Below are positions 48,002 to 60,856 of a DNA stretch of 64,000 nt, piece after piece (the first letter of the stretch is position 1; each line of letters begins with the position of its first letter). Source of the stretch: an uncultured bacterium. GTDB taxonomy: Bacteria; Babelota; Babeliae; Babelales; Vermiphilaceae. The notes beneath the pieces were generated by a model. That model worked only from the letters and a program-made list of their open reading frames with translations, was not told where the DNA came from and did not search any database. The translations under genes and the position numbers were made by a program. Location of the stretch: the NCBI GenBank assembly GCA_963695335.1, contig OY968764.1, positions 864,001 to 928,000 of the forward strand, written 5' to 3'.

Positions 48002-50263
48002 TTATGCTGCTGAAGGTACCACAAAAGTTGGATTGGATAGTGGTATGTCGTTTACCATTTTATCCAATTCATGAGCAGTTACTACAGCGCCATAATATTC
48101 TACAGACTTGAATGTTTTATCATTACGTCCATCATACCAACCAAATAGTAAGTTGCCAGTTGTTGTATCGAGTGCCATTGATTGATATCCGCGATTAGCA
48201 GTATGGCTTGTGTTGATTCGAATTGCATCAGACCATGTCATACCATTATCACGTGAAATACTGAAGAATATCTGCATATTTTCAGAATAATTTGGATACT
48301 GAGGATTAACGAGCGCATAAAGTGCTTGACGGTTTTCATCAAAAATAATTGATTGAGGGGTCAGGGTAAAATATACAAATGATGTTGTGTCAGTCGCTGG
48401 ATTTGTTCCAGGAGCGAATTGTCCAAAATATTGGATTGTACTGTTATTTGAACTATTGACATCCCATGGCCCTGCATAATTCACATCTTGTGCTCCAGGT
48501 GATTTAAATACAATTGTTGATGGTTGAACATAGGCATATGGACTTGTATTAGGACCTTGACCACCAATCCATGGACCAGAATTTAACCAAAGTCTTCCAT
48601 CAGCACTTGCGGCTAAATCAGATTCTAGTTGTGCATTGGTAAGTCCAGATAGGGTAGTAATAGTTGGCGCTCCAAAACTTCCCAATCCTGTTATTGGTAT
48701 AAAGCCAACATTCGGATAAGCATTACCTGTTCCTGGCGTTTGATCAAATGTGCTTGCTTGGAACCAAAGTCCATAATTTCCTAATCCGTCACCACCAAAG
48801 CAATATTGTGGGTAATCGTAGATAGTACCAGTTAGAGGAGTTGGTAAAGTATAAATAACTTCAAAGGTAACCCCCCCGTTACTACTTACAGCAAATACTG
48901 GTTGATTAACAAGATTGCCCGCTGCATCAAAAAAAATAGTTGTACTATACCAAATATTACCAAATTTATCTGAAGATACTCCGCGAGCATCACCAAATCC
49001 ATCTGAGTAGCCGGGTATGATTTGCAAAGTACCATTCAATTGTTGGCTAGCTAGCATGTAAACGCTTTGTACAGTTTGAGCAATATTTACTGTATACGTT
49101 CCAACGCCACCGGTTCCAGTTCCAAAGCCAGTTATTATTGTTCCAGGAGTTATACCTGTTGCGGGAAGAAAAGCGTTATCTGTATAGAGCACATCGCCGA
49201 TTGCTATCGATCCAAAAGCCATATTGGTAACCGTTAGCGTATTGCCTGTTATTGATCCGGTAAATGCAGTGTATTCCCATGCGGCAGGCCATGTTTTGCC
49301 ACCATCAAATGATACTGCACGGCAAGGAGGAGCTGTAATGTTAGGATCTGTATAATCAATAACGCCATATGAAACCACAATATTATTTGGATTATTTCTG
49401 TTGATTGCAACTGCAGTATCCCAAGCAAGTACACCGGCAGGTAAATCAGTTAGTTGAATCGGGTTACCCATTTTGAGTTTACCATGCTTGTTTACTTTAC
49501 CAATAGCAACCATGGTATTCATGGTTCCATTGGTTTGATCTGCAACCATAGAATTATCGGTCCAAGAATATGCAACTATATTACCAAATGCATCGTTAAC
49601 ATGTGAGTCACGGAATCCATCTGTTGCTGGACCATCAGTGAATCCAGTTACATTAATAGGATTATCACTTATTTTTACATTTGCGTGCAATTTTTTAGGC
49701 TGACTTGCTGTGTAGGAAATTGAACAAGGCATTAAGATTTGGGGGCCAGCAGGAATAATATTACCAAAGGTTCCTGCGCATTGGATTTGCAATTCACCAG
49801 CATTGGTTACTTGCACAATATAACCTGCGGGAGGATTGGGTAACGTTGCAGGATCTTGCGTGAATGAAAATACAGGAGACATGCCATTATTAGATGCTGC
49901 TACAATAGAGCGAGGTGTTGCATCAATTGGGCGCAATTCTTTTGGCAAGAAACCATTTACTGTAAATAGATATCCGCCTGCGGGTGGGATGCCTGTATTG
50001 ATCTCACCGGATGGATAATATGGATTAATCGTAGAAACTTGACCTGTTTGAAAGTTAATCACGGGTAATTGCAGTGTGACAAGTGAATCATCTACATTCA
50101 CATCAAGGGTAACCCAAAATTCAGTTCCTTCAACAAGAAAACCAAGAGAGTCAGCAAGTTGTAGTTGGATATTATGTTGGAACGATTTATCATGAGCTGT
50201 AGTAATTGCACTACTGATGGCCATAAAACTGGCAAGTAATAAACGATATTTTACTTTAATCAT
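48002..50263 (-). CDS. Secreted BNR/Asp-box (sialidase-like beta-propeller) protein
   Basis: [31 protein letters not shown]. Confidence 0.75.
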   Translation of the reverse strand: MIKVKYRLLLASFMAISSAITTAHDKSFQHNIQLQLADSLGFLVEGTEFWVTLDVNVDDSLVTLQLPVINFQTGQVSTINPYYPSGEINTGIPPAGGYLFTVNGFLPKELRPIDATPRSIVAASNNGMSPVFSFTQDPATLPNPPAGYIVQVTNAGELQIQCAGTFGNIIPAGPQILMPCSISYTASQPKKLHANVKISDNPINVTGFTDGPATDGFRDSHVNDAFGNIVAYSWTDNSMVADQTNGTMNTMVAIGKVNKHGKLKMGNPIQLTDLPAGVLAWDTAVAINRNNPNNIVVSYGVIDYTDPNITAPPCRAVSFDGGKTWPAAWEYTAFTGSITGNTLTVTNMAFGSIAIGDVLYTDNAFLPATGITPGTIITGFGTGTGGVGTYTVNIAQTVQSVYMLASQQLNGTLQIIPGYSDGFGDARGVSSDKFGNIWYSTTIFFDAAGNLVNQPVFAVSSNGGVTFEVIYTLPTPLTGTIYDYPQYCFGGDGLGNYGLWFQASTFDQTPGTGNAYPNVGFIPITGLGSFGAPTITTLSGLTNAQLESDLAASADGRLWLNSGPWIGGQGPNTSPYAYVQPSTIVFKSPGAQDVNYAGPWDVNSSNNSTIQYFGQFAPGTNPATDTTSFVYFTLTPQSIIFDENRQALYALVNPQYPNYSENMQIFFSISRDNGMTWSDAIRINTSHTANRGYQSMALDTTTGNLLFGWYDGRNDKTFKSVEYYGAVVTAHELDKMVNDIPLSNPTFVVPSAA

Positions 50264-50415
50264 TACATTCCTTTGTGAAATATTGTACTCATTATACTTT
50301 TTTTGATGTGTGTGCGTAGATAATCCCTTTTTTTATTGTTTTTCTTTGTTAACACTGATTATAGAGATATAAAAAAAATTCAATAAAATGCAATGAGTTT
50401 GTTTTTTGCGATCAG

Positions 50416-51981
50416 TTATTTTCTATCAATACACCACTTAATTGTTTCAATAATTTTATCTCTATTTACGAGCATGTTAAATTCAGTTTGGTTCATTACT
50501 AATTCAGAATGTTCAGGTGTGTATTGAAATTCTTGTGTTTTACAATATCCATCACTCGTTTCTTTATCAAGATCAAAGTCTGATAAATTAAACTGTGCAA
50601 ATTCAGGTTTTGATCTGTTTTTTTCCCATAAATCTTTATCACTGATGCGTGGCATATAAATTACAACAGGAGCTTGTGGATTGCTTTCATCTTTAAAGAT
50701 GCTGATTGTTTTTTTGTCTATGTCTGTATAATCAATTGTTGGGAAAGGTAATGTATATTTTTGTGCATAAGCAGCAACTTTTTGTAGTTGTTCACCCACC
50801 GGTCCTGCAGATGAATCTAAGAAGATAAGAATTTCTGGAGCACGTTCTGCGCATATACCACTGATAGGTGGGTAAGGTAGGTTAATTTCAAGGCCAGAAT
50901 CAACAAAATCCATATATTTATTAGTAGTGATTGTTTTATCGGCAACATTATTCATTTTATACATATAATTTGGTACTTTTGCATAAAAATGAAGCGGGCG
51001 ATCTGCTTCTACATCGTTTGGGATAAGAGATTCAATTTCTTTTCGTATAGCAGGATCTTTTATAATTTCTTCTATGATATCACGAATATTTGCTCCAAAT
51101 GCAGATCCCCATGTGCCCATACCATATCCAAGAGATTTTTCGTGTGTCTGTTTTTTTAATTTTCCCTGCTTAAATATGCTACCATATGCTGTTGTTGGTA
51201 TATGTATATTATTGTTGCGATCACCAATCGTATGAGGTGTAAATTCATACCACGTTTGTCCCGTTACAATTGTTTCTCTTCCATCAGTTGCCGTAAAAAT
51301 AGGATAAGGGTGTGTTCCTTGTGAAATTGTGTTTGCTAATTGGGATAAAGTAACCATTTGGCGTTTTTCTCCCAAAGACTCAAGTAATCTATTTGCTAAA
51401 CAAAAACCATACACATCTACTGGCGTGAATGGTTTTTTGTTTATTTTTTCAAGTACTGCTTTGAGCATTAATTCTTTTTCTTCAAGAGTGGATTCTAAAA
51501 ATGGTTTTGCAACACATTCTTTAAGATATCCTCTGAACTCTTGTATTGGTTTGCCGGTGACAATCCATGGAGCAACAGCCCACGTTGAACCAGATAGTGC
51601 TGTAATATATGTAGTTGCATCAAGAAGACCTATTTTATCTGCGCCACATAAAGAACCAGTAGTGCATTGCGCTGCTCTATATCCGCCGCCACTACCAATC
51701 ATTGCAATAATTGGAATTTGTTTTTCTTCTAATGTTTGGTTGAGCATTTTTTCTAATGCGGCTTTTACGATTGGCAAACGTTGTTGACGATATGCTTTTT
51801 CGCCCTCACTAATGCCAAGATTATATTGTGCAATTTGGGTGTCTTGCTGATGTGTTGCGTGATGTAAGTTGGGAAAAATATGGTGTAGAACGTTTTGTGC
51901 TAATTCCATGCTATACATAGATGGTATGATTACAATGGAATACATTGTAGTTTTTAGAATACGTGATGCGATATGTTTCAT
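50416..51981 (-). CDS. Cytosolic phospholipase A2/lysophospholipase-like secreted protein
   Basis: GSGGGYRA, ITALSGSTW (Ser), WYEFTP, GTWGSAF, VDSGL..NLPYP (Asp); start moved to ATG 51981. Confidence 0.85.
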   Translation of the reverse strand: MKHIASRILKTTMYSIVIIPSMYSMELAQNVLHHIFPNLHHATHQQDTQIAQYNLGISEGEKAYRQQRLPIVKAALEKMLNQTLEEKQIPIIAMIGSGGGYRAAQCTTGSLCGADKIGLLDATTYITALSGSTWAVAPWIVTGKPIQEFRGYLKECVAKPFLESTLEEKELMLKAVLEKINKKPFTPVDVYGFCLANRLLESLGEKRQMVTLSQLANTISQGTHPYPIFTATDGRETIVTGQTWYEFTPHTIGDRNNNIHIPTTAYGSIFKQGKLKKQTHEKSLGYGMGTWGSAFGANIRDIIEEIIKDPAIRKEIESLIPNDVEADRPLHFYAKVPNYMYKMNNVADKTITTNKYMDFVDSGLEINLPYPPISGICAERAPEILIFLDSSAGPVGEQLQKVAAYAQKYTLPFPTIDYTDIDKKTISIFKDESNPQAPVVIYMPRISDKDLWEKNRSKPEFAQFNLSDFDLDKETSDGYCKTQEFQYTPEHSELVMNQTEFNMLVNRDKIIETIKWCIDRK

Positions 51982-52089
51982 GTGTATCTCCTTTATTTTG
52001 ATAGAGTTTTTCTTTGCTTCTATCATAATGTTGAAGGAGATAAATTTTGCAAGATTTTTTTATTAGATTATTGGTTGCTCTTATATTGT

Positions 52090-52716
52090 TCAGTCATAAT
52101 TTTTATAGTGTTGTATCTGGTAAATAATTGGAGTAACATTTTTGATTTTTTCTTCATGAATAATAAATTTTGCTTTGGGTTTAAAATCATTTTCTTCACC
52201 ATATTCAACACGTAAAACTTTATATTCATTAATATCTGTATGAGAATAACCAAAGCCCTCATAGCTTGGTTTTGGTATTTTGGTTAAATATCTTCTTATT
52301 GCAATAGGTATGGTTTTAAATATTTTATAATCTTTTTTACTTTCTAAGCTATAAATCATTTCTACGCGTTCTTTTTCTTTATAATGATTATGAATAACGT
52401 AAGCCTCAAAATATTTTTGGAGGCAATCGCCTTGTTGAGTTGTAAGGTAGTAAAGGTATGCTTTGGGAATACCATAATCATCCCAAGCGGGCATTCCAAC
52501 ATAGTTATTGTAGGGATGTCGCTCGTATGAGACTTGGTCTTCTCTGATTTGTAAGCAGAGTTCTTTTATCAGAGGAGCAATTTCTTTGGGTAGTTGATAT
52601 TCAGTAATCATTCTTTCAGTCAATATAAAATCTGTAATAATTGAGCTTTCTTTTTCCATTGCATGCGCGTTTGATATTACCAGAGAGGTGATGAAAAGAA
52701 CCGTATGAGTTTTCAT
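52090..52716 (-). CDS. Secreted hypothetical protein
   Basis: Signal peptide ending AHA-ME; LPKEI motif. Confidence 0.65.
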   Translation of the reverse strand: MKTHTVLFITSLVISNAHAMEKESSIITDFILTERMITEYQLPKEIAPLIKELCLQIREDQVSYERHPYNNYVGMPAWDDYGIPKAYLYYLTTQQGDCLQKYFEAYVIHNHYKEKERVEMIYSLESKKDYKIFKTIPIAIRRYLTKIPKPSYEGFGYSHTDINEYKVLRVEYGEENDFKPKAKFIIHEEKIKNVTPIIYQIQHYKNYD

Positions 52717-52796
52717 GGATAATCCTTGTTATTACTGTTTTGGATGTGTTTACAATACTACATAAATATTTTTGATACTATTTTTTTTCAGGAGTT

Positions 52797-53633
52797 GTGA
52801 TGAGTTATATTGTAGTAGGTAAAGAACATGGAGCTGATATACAATTGTATTACAAAGATTGGGGAAGAGGTCAACCAATTGTTTTTAGTCATGGTTGGCC
52901 GTTAACGGCAGATGCGTGGGAAGATCAGATGTTATTTTTGTCTCAACATGGATATCGTTGCATTGCGCATGATCGGCGTGGGCATGGCCGTTCTAGTCAG
53001 CCTTCGCAAGGCAATGATATGGATACATATGCTGATGATTTAGCAAAACTTGTTGAAGCATTAGATCTGCGCGATGTAATTCATGTTGGGCATTCAACCG
53101 GTGGTGGTGAAGTTGTGCGCTATATTGCGCGACATGGTGCACAACGTGTTTCAAAAGCTGTATTGATTAGTGCAGTACCACCAATGATGCTCAAAACAGA
53201 TACAAATCCACATGGATTAGATTTAAAAATTTTTGATGATATACGTAACAATGTTCTGCAAGATCGCGCACAATTTTTTAAAGAATTTGCTTTGCCATTT
53301 TTTGGTAGCAATAGACCAAATTCTCATGTTTCACAAGGGTTAATAGATAGTTTTTGGTTGCAGGGAATGATGGGTGGGTTAAATGCTATTTATGATTGCG
53401 TAGCAGCATTTTCTGAAACTGATTTTAGAGATGATTTGGCAAAGGTCGATGTGCCTACGCTTATTATTCAAGGTGATGATGATCAGATTGTACCATTGGA
53501 TATTTCTGGCAAATTATCCGTTAATATGATTAAAGATGCTGTTTTAAAGGTTTATCCTGGCGCACCGCATGGTTTGTGCTCAACATTAAAAGATAAAGTG
53601 AATGCAGATTTACTTGAGTTTTGTAAACAATAA
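52797..53633 (+). CDS. Alpha/beta hydrolase, non-heme chloroperoxidase type
   Basis: [43 protein letters not shown]. Confidence 0.93.
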   Translation: MMSYIVVGKEHGADIQLYYKDWGRGQPIVFSHGWPLTADAWEDQMLFLSQHGYRCIAHDRRGHGRSSQPSQGNDMDTYADDLAKLVEALDLRDVIHVGHSTGGGEVVRYIARHGAQRVSKAVLISAVPPMMLKTDTNPHGLDLKIFDDIRNNVLQDRAQFFKEFALPFFGSNRPNSHVSQGLIDSFWLQGMMGGLNAIYDCVAAFSETDFRDDLAKVDVPTLIIQGDDDQIVPLDISGKLSVNMIKDAVLKVYPGAPHGLCSTLKDKVNADLLEFCKQ

Positions 53634-53665
53634 AAAAATCCCCCGGTTTGGTCCGGGGGATTTTT
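53634..53665. terminator. Bidirectional terminator
   Basis: A-tract, tccccc...ggggga hairpin, T-tract between convergent genes. Confidence 0.75.
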
Positions 53666-53705
53666 GAGTCATTCGTGATGGATACCCTAAAAGGGCATGT
53701 ATGTT

Positions 53706-55585
<1,880 letters not shown>

Positions 55586-55599
55586 CTCGATCCTTTTGG

Positions 55600-55711
55600 C
55601 CCTACTTCGCTTCTTTCCGCTCATCCTGAGCTTGTCGAAGGACGAAGGGCAGGTTTGTTTGTTTATACTATATTGTTTCTCTACTTCGCTCTTCGAGCTA
55701 CGAAGAGCAGG
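55600..55711. repeat. Two family B repeats upstream of dnaK, the first with a nested family A unit
   Basis: ccctacttcgct-[...ccgctcatcctgagcttgtcgaagga]-cgaagggcagg and ctctacttcgctcttcgagctacgaagagcagg. Confidence 0.82.
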
Positions 55712-55795
55712 CTAATTATTCATGATCTTGTGTACATATCTTCGAGTTTCTACTCATATACCATGATATTGTGCTGCTTTTACAGCTCTTTTTAT

Positions 55796-55859
55796 AGAAT
55801 AACAAAAACAATGGTCTTGTCAATAAAGACTCACAAAATATTAGTGGGTTACACTCAAG
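55796..55859 (-). promoter_or_regulatory. Candidate dnaK promoter with HAIR-like (HspR) operator
   Basis: Minus strand CTTGAGT-N7-ACTAATA at 55859-55839; TTGACA at 55823-55818; TGtTATTCT extended -10. Confidence 0.5.
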
Positions 55860-56036
55860 GTTGCGATCTTGACTTGGTGGTTGTTTTAAGCAAAGTAGCG
55901 ATTGAATCGTGATTTTTAACTCTCTATTATGTATGTCGGATAATTGAGATCAAGGGGGCTTGGTGATAGGGTTTTTCTATATATATCTGTACGCTCAGCA
56001 GCACATTCTTATTTTTGCTATGTGCGTCGGATAATT

Positions 56037-56190
56037 GATGACGGAGTGGGGCCAAAGCATTTGTATTGCCTAGTCTTTTTGCTGAGCGGGGCGAAGCAAT
56101 GGCCAACTTTTCGCGCGCACGCGGGCCCCACTCCGTCATCCTGCCCCCCGCCTTTTCCCTGCGGGAATAAAATGAAGGCGGGGGGCAGGA
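56037..56190. other. Two adjacent GC-rich perfect hairpins
   Basis: 17-bp IR 56037-56053/56124-56140; 16-bp IR 56139-56154/56175-56190. Confidence 0.85.
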
Positions 56191-56199
56191 GACTTCGTT

Positions 56200-56690
56200 A
56201 TAAGATGAAGAATAGAGGTAAAATAGGAAGAATAAAGAATAAGAAATAAGGGTGATTATAGAGAGTGTAAGACTATAGGTGTATACATATATATAGAGAC
56301 ATATAGAGAGATAAGAGTATAAGACGTTTTTACTACGAAGCTTGTTGCTTAAAGGGGCCCCCTTCGCTAAAAAGCGAAGTCTACCCTACAGAGAAGAATA
56401 AGAAAGCAGAATGAATAAGATAGATTATATAAGAAAATAAGTAAGAAGGGTGATAAGAATAAGATTAAGGATAAGGATAAGAGTAATAAGAATAAGAATA
56501 AGAACAAGACTAAGATTAAGATTAAGAATAAGAAAAAGAAGAATAGGTATATATATGCATATGTATATATAGAGGTATATGAGACATATAAGAATAAGGG
56601 AAATAAGAAAAGTAAGAATAATAAGGAAAAGGATAGGGGTAAGAATAAAGATGATAAAAAGAAGGATAAGTATAAGTATAAGGTAACACC
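56200..56690. repeat. Degenerate (AATAAG)n purine-rich low-complexity tract
   Basis: Dozens of aataag/gataag/attaag hexamers; very few C on the + strand. Confidence 0.85.
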
Positions 56691-56717
56691 CATACGTGTA
56701 TAACTATATAGAGCAAT

Positions 56718-56750
56718 CCCTACTACGCTCTGCGAGCTATGAAGGGCAAG
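56718..56750. repeat. Family B repeat
   Basis: ccctactacgctctgcgagctatgaagggcaag. Confidence 0.75.
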
Positions 56751-57127
56751 TAAGACTAAGTACCAATCGCACGTCAATTGAACCCACGAATTATCTGATC
56801 GAACCAATACACGCGTTTATTTTTTTAAAAAATTCGTAACTTTATCAAAAAATTAATTTAATGAATAAAATTCGTAACTCAATTTAAATTAAAAAAATAC
56901 CTACTAAAAGTTTTTGAAAATCACACTATCATTTTTGCAAAAATCAAAGAATCCCTAAAAAGGGAAGGTGCGCGCCCTTGCTTTTTTATACCTACTTTTT
57001 TGGTATACATTATCCTGTCTCGTTTAACAGCATTTTTCATCAATTGCATTATTTTATAAATAATGCATACTTCTTAACAATAAAAGAAAATATTTTAAGA
57101 AAATATCCCAATGATTGGTAATGAAAT

Positions 57128-58339
57128 ATGTATCGATTTATATTTAAAATAAGCATATTCTCTCTTGTGTTGCTTTATAATAATGTATCTTTGAGTATGG
57201 AAGTTTTTGATATACAAAAATTTCCAGAAGATATCCGCAGGCACATTTTTGTGGTAGCTCATCCTTCTATACAAAATCAATTAAAAAACTGTAGTAGCTG
57301 GTGGCATGAAATAGGTGCCAAAAAAGCTCCCAATATGTATAGACTTCTTGATAATCCATCCTTCCGTGCGAGTCATGATGACTGGTGTTATATTATGATG
57401 CATGCTGCATTGGATTTTAATGTTAAGGTGATGTGTAAAGTGCTTGATCGTACTGATTTGCGCAACTTTGATTATAATCTTGATGGTAGCGTATATAAAG
57501 AATATGTCTTTGATGATGGCCTTACTGAAAGAAGAGGGCTCTATGCTTTTCGCTTGTGTGGCACGCGTTGTATTAAAGAATATAAAACATTTGATGTATT
57601 ATCGAGACTAAAAGAAGAAAAGATTCCTTCTTTTTATATTGGTTATAAAGAAAGAAACAATGTTAATCAAACTTTTGATAAAGAGAAAGATAAAGAATTA
57701 CTTGAAGAGCTTGATAGTAACTGTAAATATGTTGATGAATTGGTGGCGAGATATAAAAATAGTTGGACACAAGATACCCCTGAGAAATTTAAAGAATTGG
57801 ATTTGGAATCCAATTTAAGTGTGCCAGGTGTTGATTGTTATGGCCTCTTTGATGCTTGTTTTTGTGGTCATAGGGTACAAGTTGAAATAATGTTGGATAA
57901 TATTGTTGATGAAGAGATGGTTCAATACAGTAGCAATCGTTGTGATGATTCTTTCAATCAACGACTTGATCTTTTTAGAAAATATATGTTGATATATGAT
58001 TGTTTTTGTATAGCAACGTGTATTGGAAATAAAAGTTGTATCAAAGCACTGTCGTCTTTAAAAACTCAAGGAGAGCCTAGTAGATCCTTGGGTTTAGATT
58101 TGTTATTTTTGGCGATGCATCATAATAAACAACATATATTCAGAACATTGGTGAAACATAATGTTTATAATTGTATGAATAATGAAGTCAGTATTTTATG
58201 CGGTGCCTCTCCTTGGGAGTATAAAGCGACAAACTTTGATGAAATTCGTCGGTACACAAATATCCCTCATATTAATGAATTTATAAAGATATACAGAGAG
58301 TTTGGTGGTAAGACTTGGAAAGAGGTTGAACAATCTTGA
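57128..58339 (+). CDS. Secreted protein with F-box-like N-terminus and degenerate ankyrin-like repeats
   Basis: Signal peptide then ME; FPEDIRRHIF...LKNCSSWW; paralog of the next gene. Confidence 0.65.
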   Translation: MYRFIFKISIFSLVLLYNNVSLSMEVFDIQKFPEDIRRHIFVVAHPSIQNQLKNCSSWWHEIGAKKAPNMYRLLDNPSFRASHDDWCYIMMHAALDFNVKVMCKVLDRTDLRNFDYNLDGSVYKEYVFDDGLTERRGLYAFRLCGTRCIKEYKTFDVLSRLKEEKIPSFYIGYKERNNVNQTFDKEKDKELLEELDSNCKYVDELVARYKNSWTQDTPEKFKELDLESNLSVPGVDCYGLFDACFCGHRVQVEIMLDNIVDEEMVQYSSNRCDDSFNQRLDLFRKYMLIYDCFCIATCIGNKSCIKALSSLKTQGEPSRSLGLDLLFLAMHHNKQHIFRTLVKHNVYNCMNNEVSILCGASPWEYKATNFDEIRRYTNIPHINEFIKIYREFGGKTWKEVEQS

Positions 58340-59337
58340 TTTGTGTGAGATTAACCATTCTATTGCTTGCGTTACTTTATAATCATGTGTCTGTGAGTAT
58401 GGAAGTTTTTGAGATACAAAAGTTTCCAGAAGATATTTGCAGGCACATTTTTGTGGTGGCTCATCCTTCTATACAAAATCAATTAAAAAAATGTAGTAGC
58501 TGGTGGCATGAAGTAGGTGCCAAAAAAGTTCCCAATATGTATAGACTCGTTGAGAATGCATCTTTTTGTGCAAGTCATGATGATTGGTGTTATATCATGA
58601 TGCATGCTGCGTTGGATAAGAATGTTGAAGTGATGAGTAAAGTACTTGATCATACCAATCAACGTAATTTTGACTATGATTTTGGTACAGATTATCTTGC
58701 CGATAGATATAAAAAGAAAAGAAGATTTCGACTATGTGATGTGTATGATTTTAGTGCGATCGGCGATAATAACACAATTGTGGTAAGTAATAAATTTAAG
58801 GAGTTGGATTTAGTATCTTACCCTGATGAGGCCAAGCCGTTTTGGTGGGTCTCTCTATTTAGCGCTTGTTTTGTAGGTGATATCAATACAGTTAAACAAG
58901 TTGTTGCGCAGATGGGAAATGAAAAATGTTATCAAAGTAAAGTATACGATTGTATTGTGATTTCTCTTTATAATAATAATCCATACTCTATTGAACTACT
59001 ATCTCCCTTGATACATCATATTGTGATGGATGAAATGCATGTTGATTTGTTAAAGATGGCGATGCGTAATAATAAAAAACATGCATTTAGGGCTTTGATT
59101 CAATATGAAGTTTATGGTCGTTTGAATGATACTCTTTTGATGCACGCAGGCCGTAAGGTAACGGTCTTGGATGAATTGCTTGAACAAATAGATATTTCTA
59201 ATATTGCCGAATATATTGAACTGTGCAAAGAACTTGGTTGTAAAACGTGGCAAGAAGTAGAGTGTGAGGAGGCTGAAAAGGAAATTGGTCTTTTTTCTGT
59301 TTGCGCCTTTGTCTCGACTTTTTGTAGCGTACAATGA
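58336..59337 (+). CDS. Paralog of 57128..58339
   Basis: Near-identical first ~90 mature residues, divergent middle, shared G.KTW.EVE end. Confidence 0.7.
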   Translation: MICVRLTILLLALLYNHVSVSMEVFEIQKFPEDICRHIFVVAHPSIQNQLKKCSSWWHEVGAKKVPNMYRLVENASFCASHDDWCYIMMHAALDKNVEVMSKVLDHTNQRNFDYDFGTDYLADRYKKKRRFRLCDVYDFSAIGDNNTIVVSNKFKELDLVSYPDEAKPFWWVSLFSACFVGDINTVKQVVAQMGNEKCYQSKVYDCIVISLYNNNPYSIELLSPLIHHIVMDEMHVDLLKMAMRNNKKHAFRALIQYEVYGRLNDTLLMHAGRKVTVLDELLEQIDISNIAEYIELCKELGCKTWQEVECEEAEKEIGLFSVCAFVSTFCSVQ

Positions 59338-59436
59338 CGTTAAGCAATCCTATTTCTTATTGTAATTTATTATGGCTTTGTTATGCTGTTTTAGTGTAAC
59401 AAAGCTATAATTTTATATTTCTGTTGGATAATCGAG

Positions 59437-60594
59437 GTGTGTATGTTTTTAAGATTAATATTGGCCATGCTTTCTTTAGCGCATAGTGTATCTTTTGCTA
59501 TGATTGTGCATTATAAAAATAAAGAAGCTAAAAAAAGAGTTGAAAGTTCTGTTCGCCAATGTTTTGCAAGACAAGAAATTGCAATAGAGAAAGAAAGATG
59601 GCAAAGCTTACCACAAGAAGAACAAGCTAAATACAAACTAGCAAGACTTTATAAAAAACAGAATAATCTAAAATTTGTAGCAAGATATCTTAAAAATCAA
59701 GATGTACCAATATTTTTAGTGAGCTTCGATAAGGATGATACACAAATATATGGTATTGATCCTTATGCAAAGTCATTTTATAAAAATCCTGATAAGCAAA
59801 TCTTTGCAGCAGATCCAGAGATTGTTGAAATTGGACGTTTAAAAACTGAGAATATCAAAAAATTACATTCTCGTTCTTATAAGGGTGCGATTGATTCGCT
59901 TGGTAGTGGTATAGTTTTGGGAAAAGATGAAGATATAGTGCATGAATTTGTAAAAGTAGATGAACAATTACAAGGTCATAATCAAGTTAAATATTTTATG
60001 AATATAGGTTGTATTGATCTTGCTATTAAATATCCTTTTGTTAAAAATAATGCTTTAGAGATATTGTTGCAACGAGAAAAGCAATTGAGTGCATTCTGGA
60101 TGGGTAATAATCAGCGTTGGGATGCTGGTTATCTTTTATTAAAAATGGTAACTCATGATAAAAAAGCTTTTGAATTAGTTGCGCATAAAGATCCGTATAG
60201 TTCTAACAGAATGTTATATACTAATTTGTCTGGGAAACAGAGAACCTATTTAGATCGAATGAAAAAAAAGAGTGATATGTTTGATCAAGAACATATTGAT
60301 ATTCTTGTTCGTGAGGGTGGTATGAGTGTTAAAGAAGTTGAAGGGATGAACCAAGTTGATAGAATTTTGCAGGGAAAAATGACTCTTGAAGAAATTGTTG
60401 CAGAAAATACCTGGAAGCAAATTATCAAAAATAGCAATGGTGAGAATAGTAATAAATATTTGGAATCACAAATACTGTTGAGAGATACCCAAGAGAGACA
60501 AGCAAGAGAAGAAACTGAAAGAAGATTGATGCAAAGAACTATGATGATGGCTGGGTTAATGAATGCAATGCTTGGAGATAGGGATATCGATTAA
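59437..60594 (+). CDS. Secreted hypothetical protein, distantly related to its neighbours
   Basis: Signal peptide; TYLD...REGGMSVKEVE resembles the neighbours' C-terminal motif. Confidence 0.65.
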   Translation: MCMFLRLILAMLSLAHSVSFAMIVHYKNKEAKKRVESSVRQCFARQEIAIEKERWQSLPQEEQAKYKLARLYKKQNNLKFVARYLKNQDVPIFLVSFDKDDTQIYGIDPYAKSFYKNPDKQIFAADPEIVEIGRLKTENIKKLHSRSYKGAIDSLGSGIVLGKDEDIVHEFVKVDEQLQGHNQVKYFMNIGCIDLAIKYPFVKNNALEILLQREKQLSAFWMGNNQRWDAGYLLLKMVTHDKKAFELVAHKDPYSSNRMLYTNLSGKQRTYLDRMKKKSDMFDQEHIDILVREGGMSVKEVEGMNQVDRILQGKMTLEEIVAENTWKQIIKNSNGENSNKYLESQILLRDTQERQAREETERRLMQRTMMMAGLMNAMLGDRDID

Positions 60595-60856
60595 CCATTA
60601 ATAATAATCCTTGCGAGATAGCTATAAGTACAATTCTAAAAGAATTTATCAAGATGATTTTTATAAAACAAGAGCAAAAAAGGTTCTGTTTTGTAAGAAT
60701 CATCTTTTTGGTTTAAATGCATGACTTTGCTATAAATTTACTAACACCAATCCGTTTTTGTTCTCTTATTTTTTGACGTAATAATATCTTGTGTTACTCA
60801 TACAACAATGTATGATAAATATCCTATATGCATGTAATAGTATACAGAGAGGTATT

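Noticed and set aside
51329..51787. Antisense shadow ORFs here and opposite other long genes (e.g. 14089, 19865, 45754)
   Set aside because: They overlap well-supported genes on the other strand and show no recognisable motifs.
55586..55624. N-terminal extension of DnaK ([13 protein letters not shown])
   Set aside because: The upstream ATG comes from the repeat; the conserved start is [10 protein letters not shown] at 55585.
56367..56807. Hydrophobic 146-aa and 64-aa ORFs
   Set aside because: Products of the reverse complement of the AATAAG tract; no RBS or domain features.
55720..57100. Chromosomal oriC
   Set aside because: I saw no cluster of DnaA boxes or dnaA/dnaN context; it cannot be supported without whole-genome skew.
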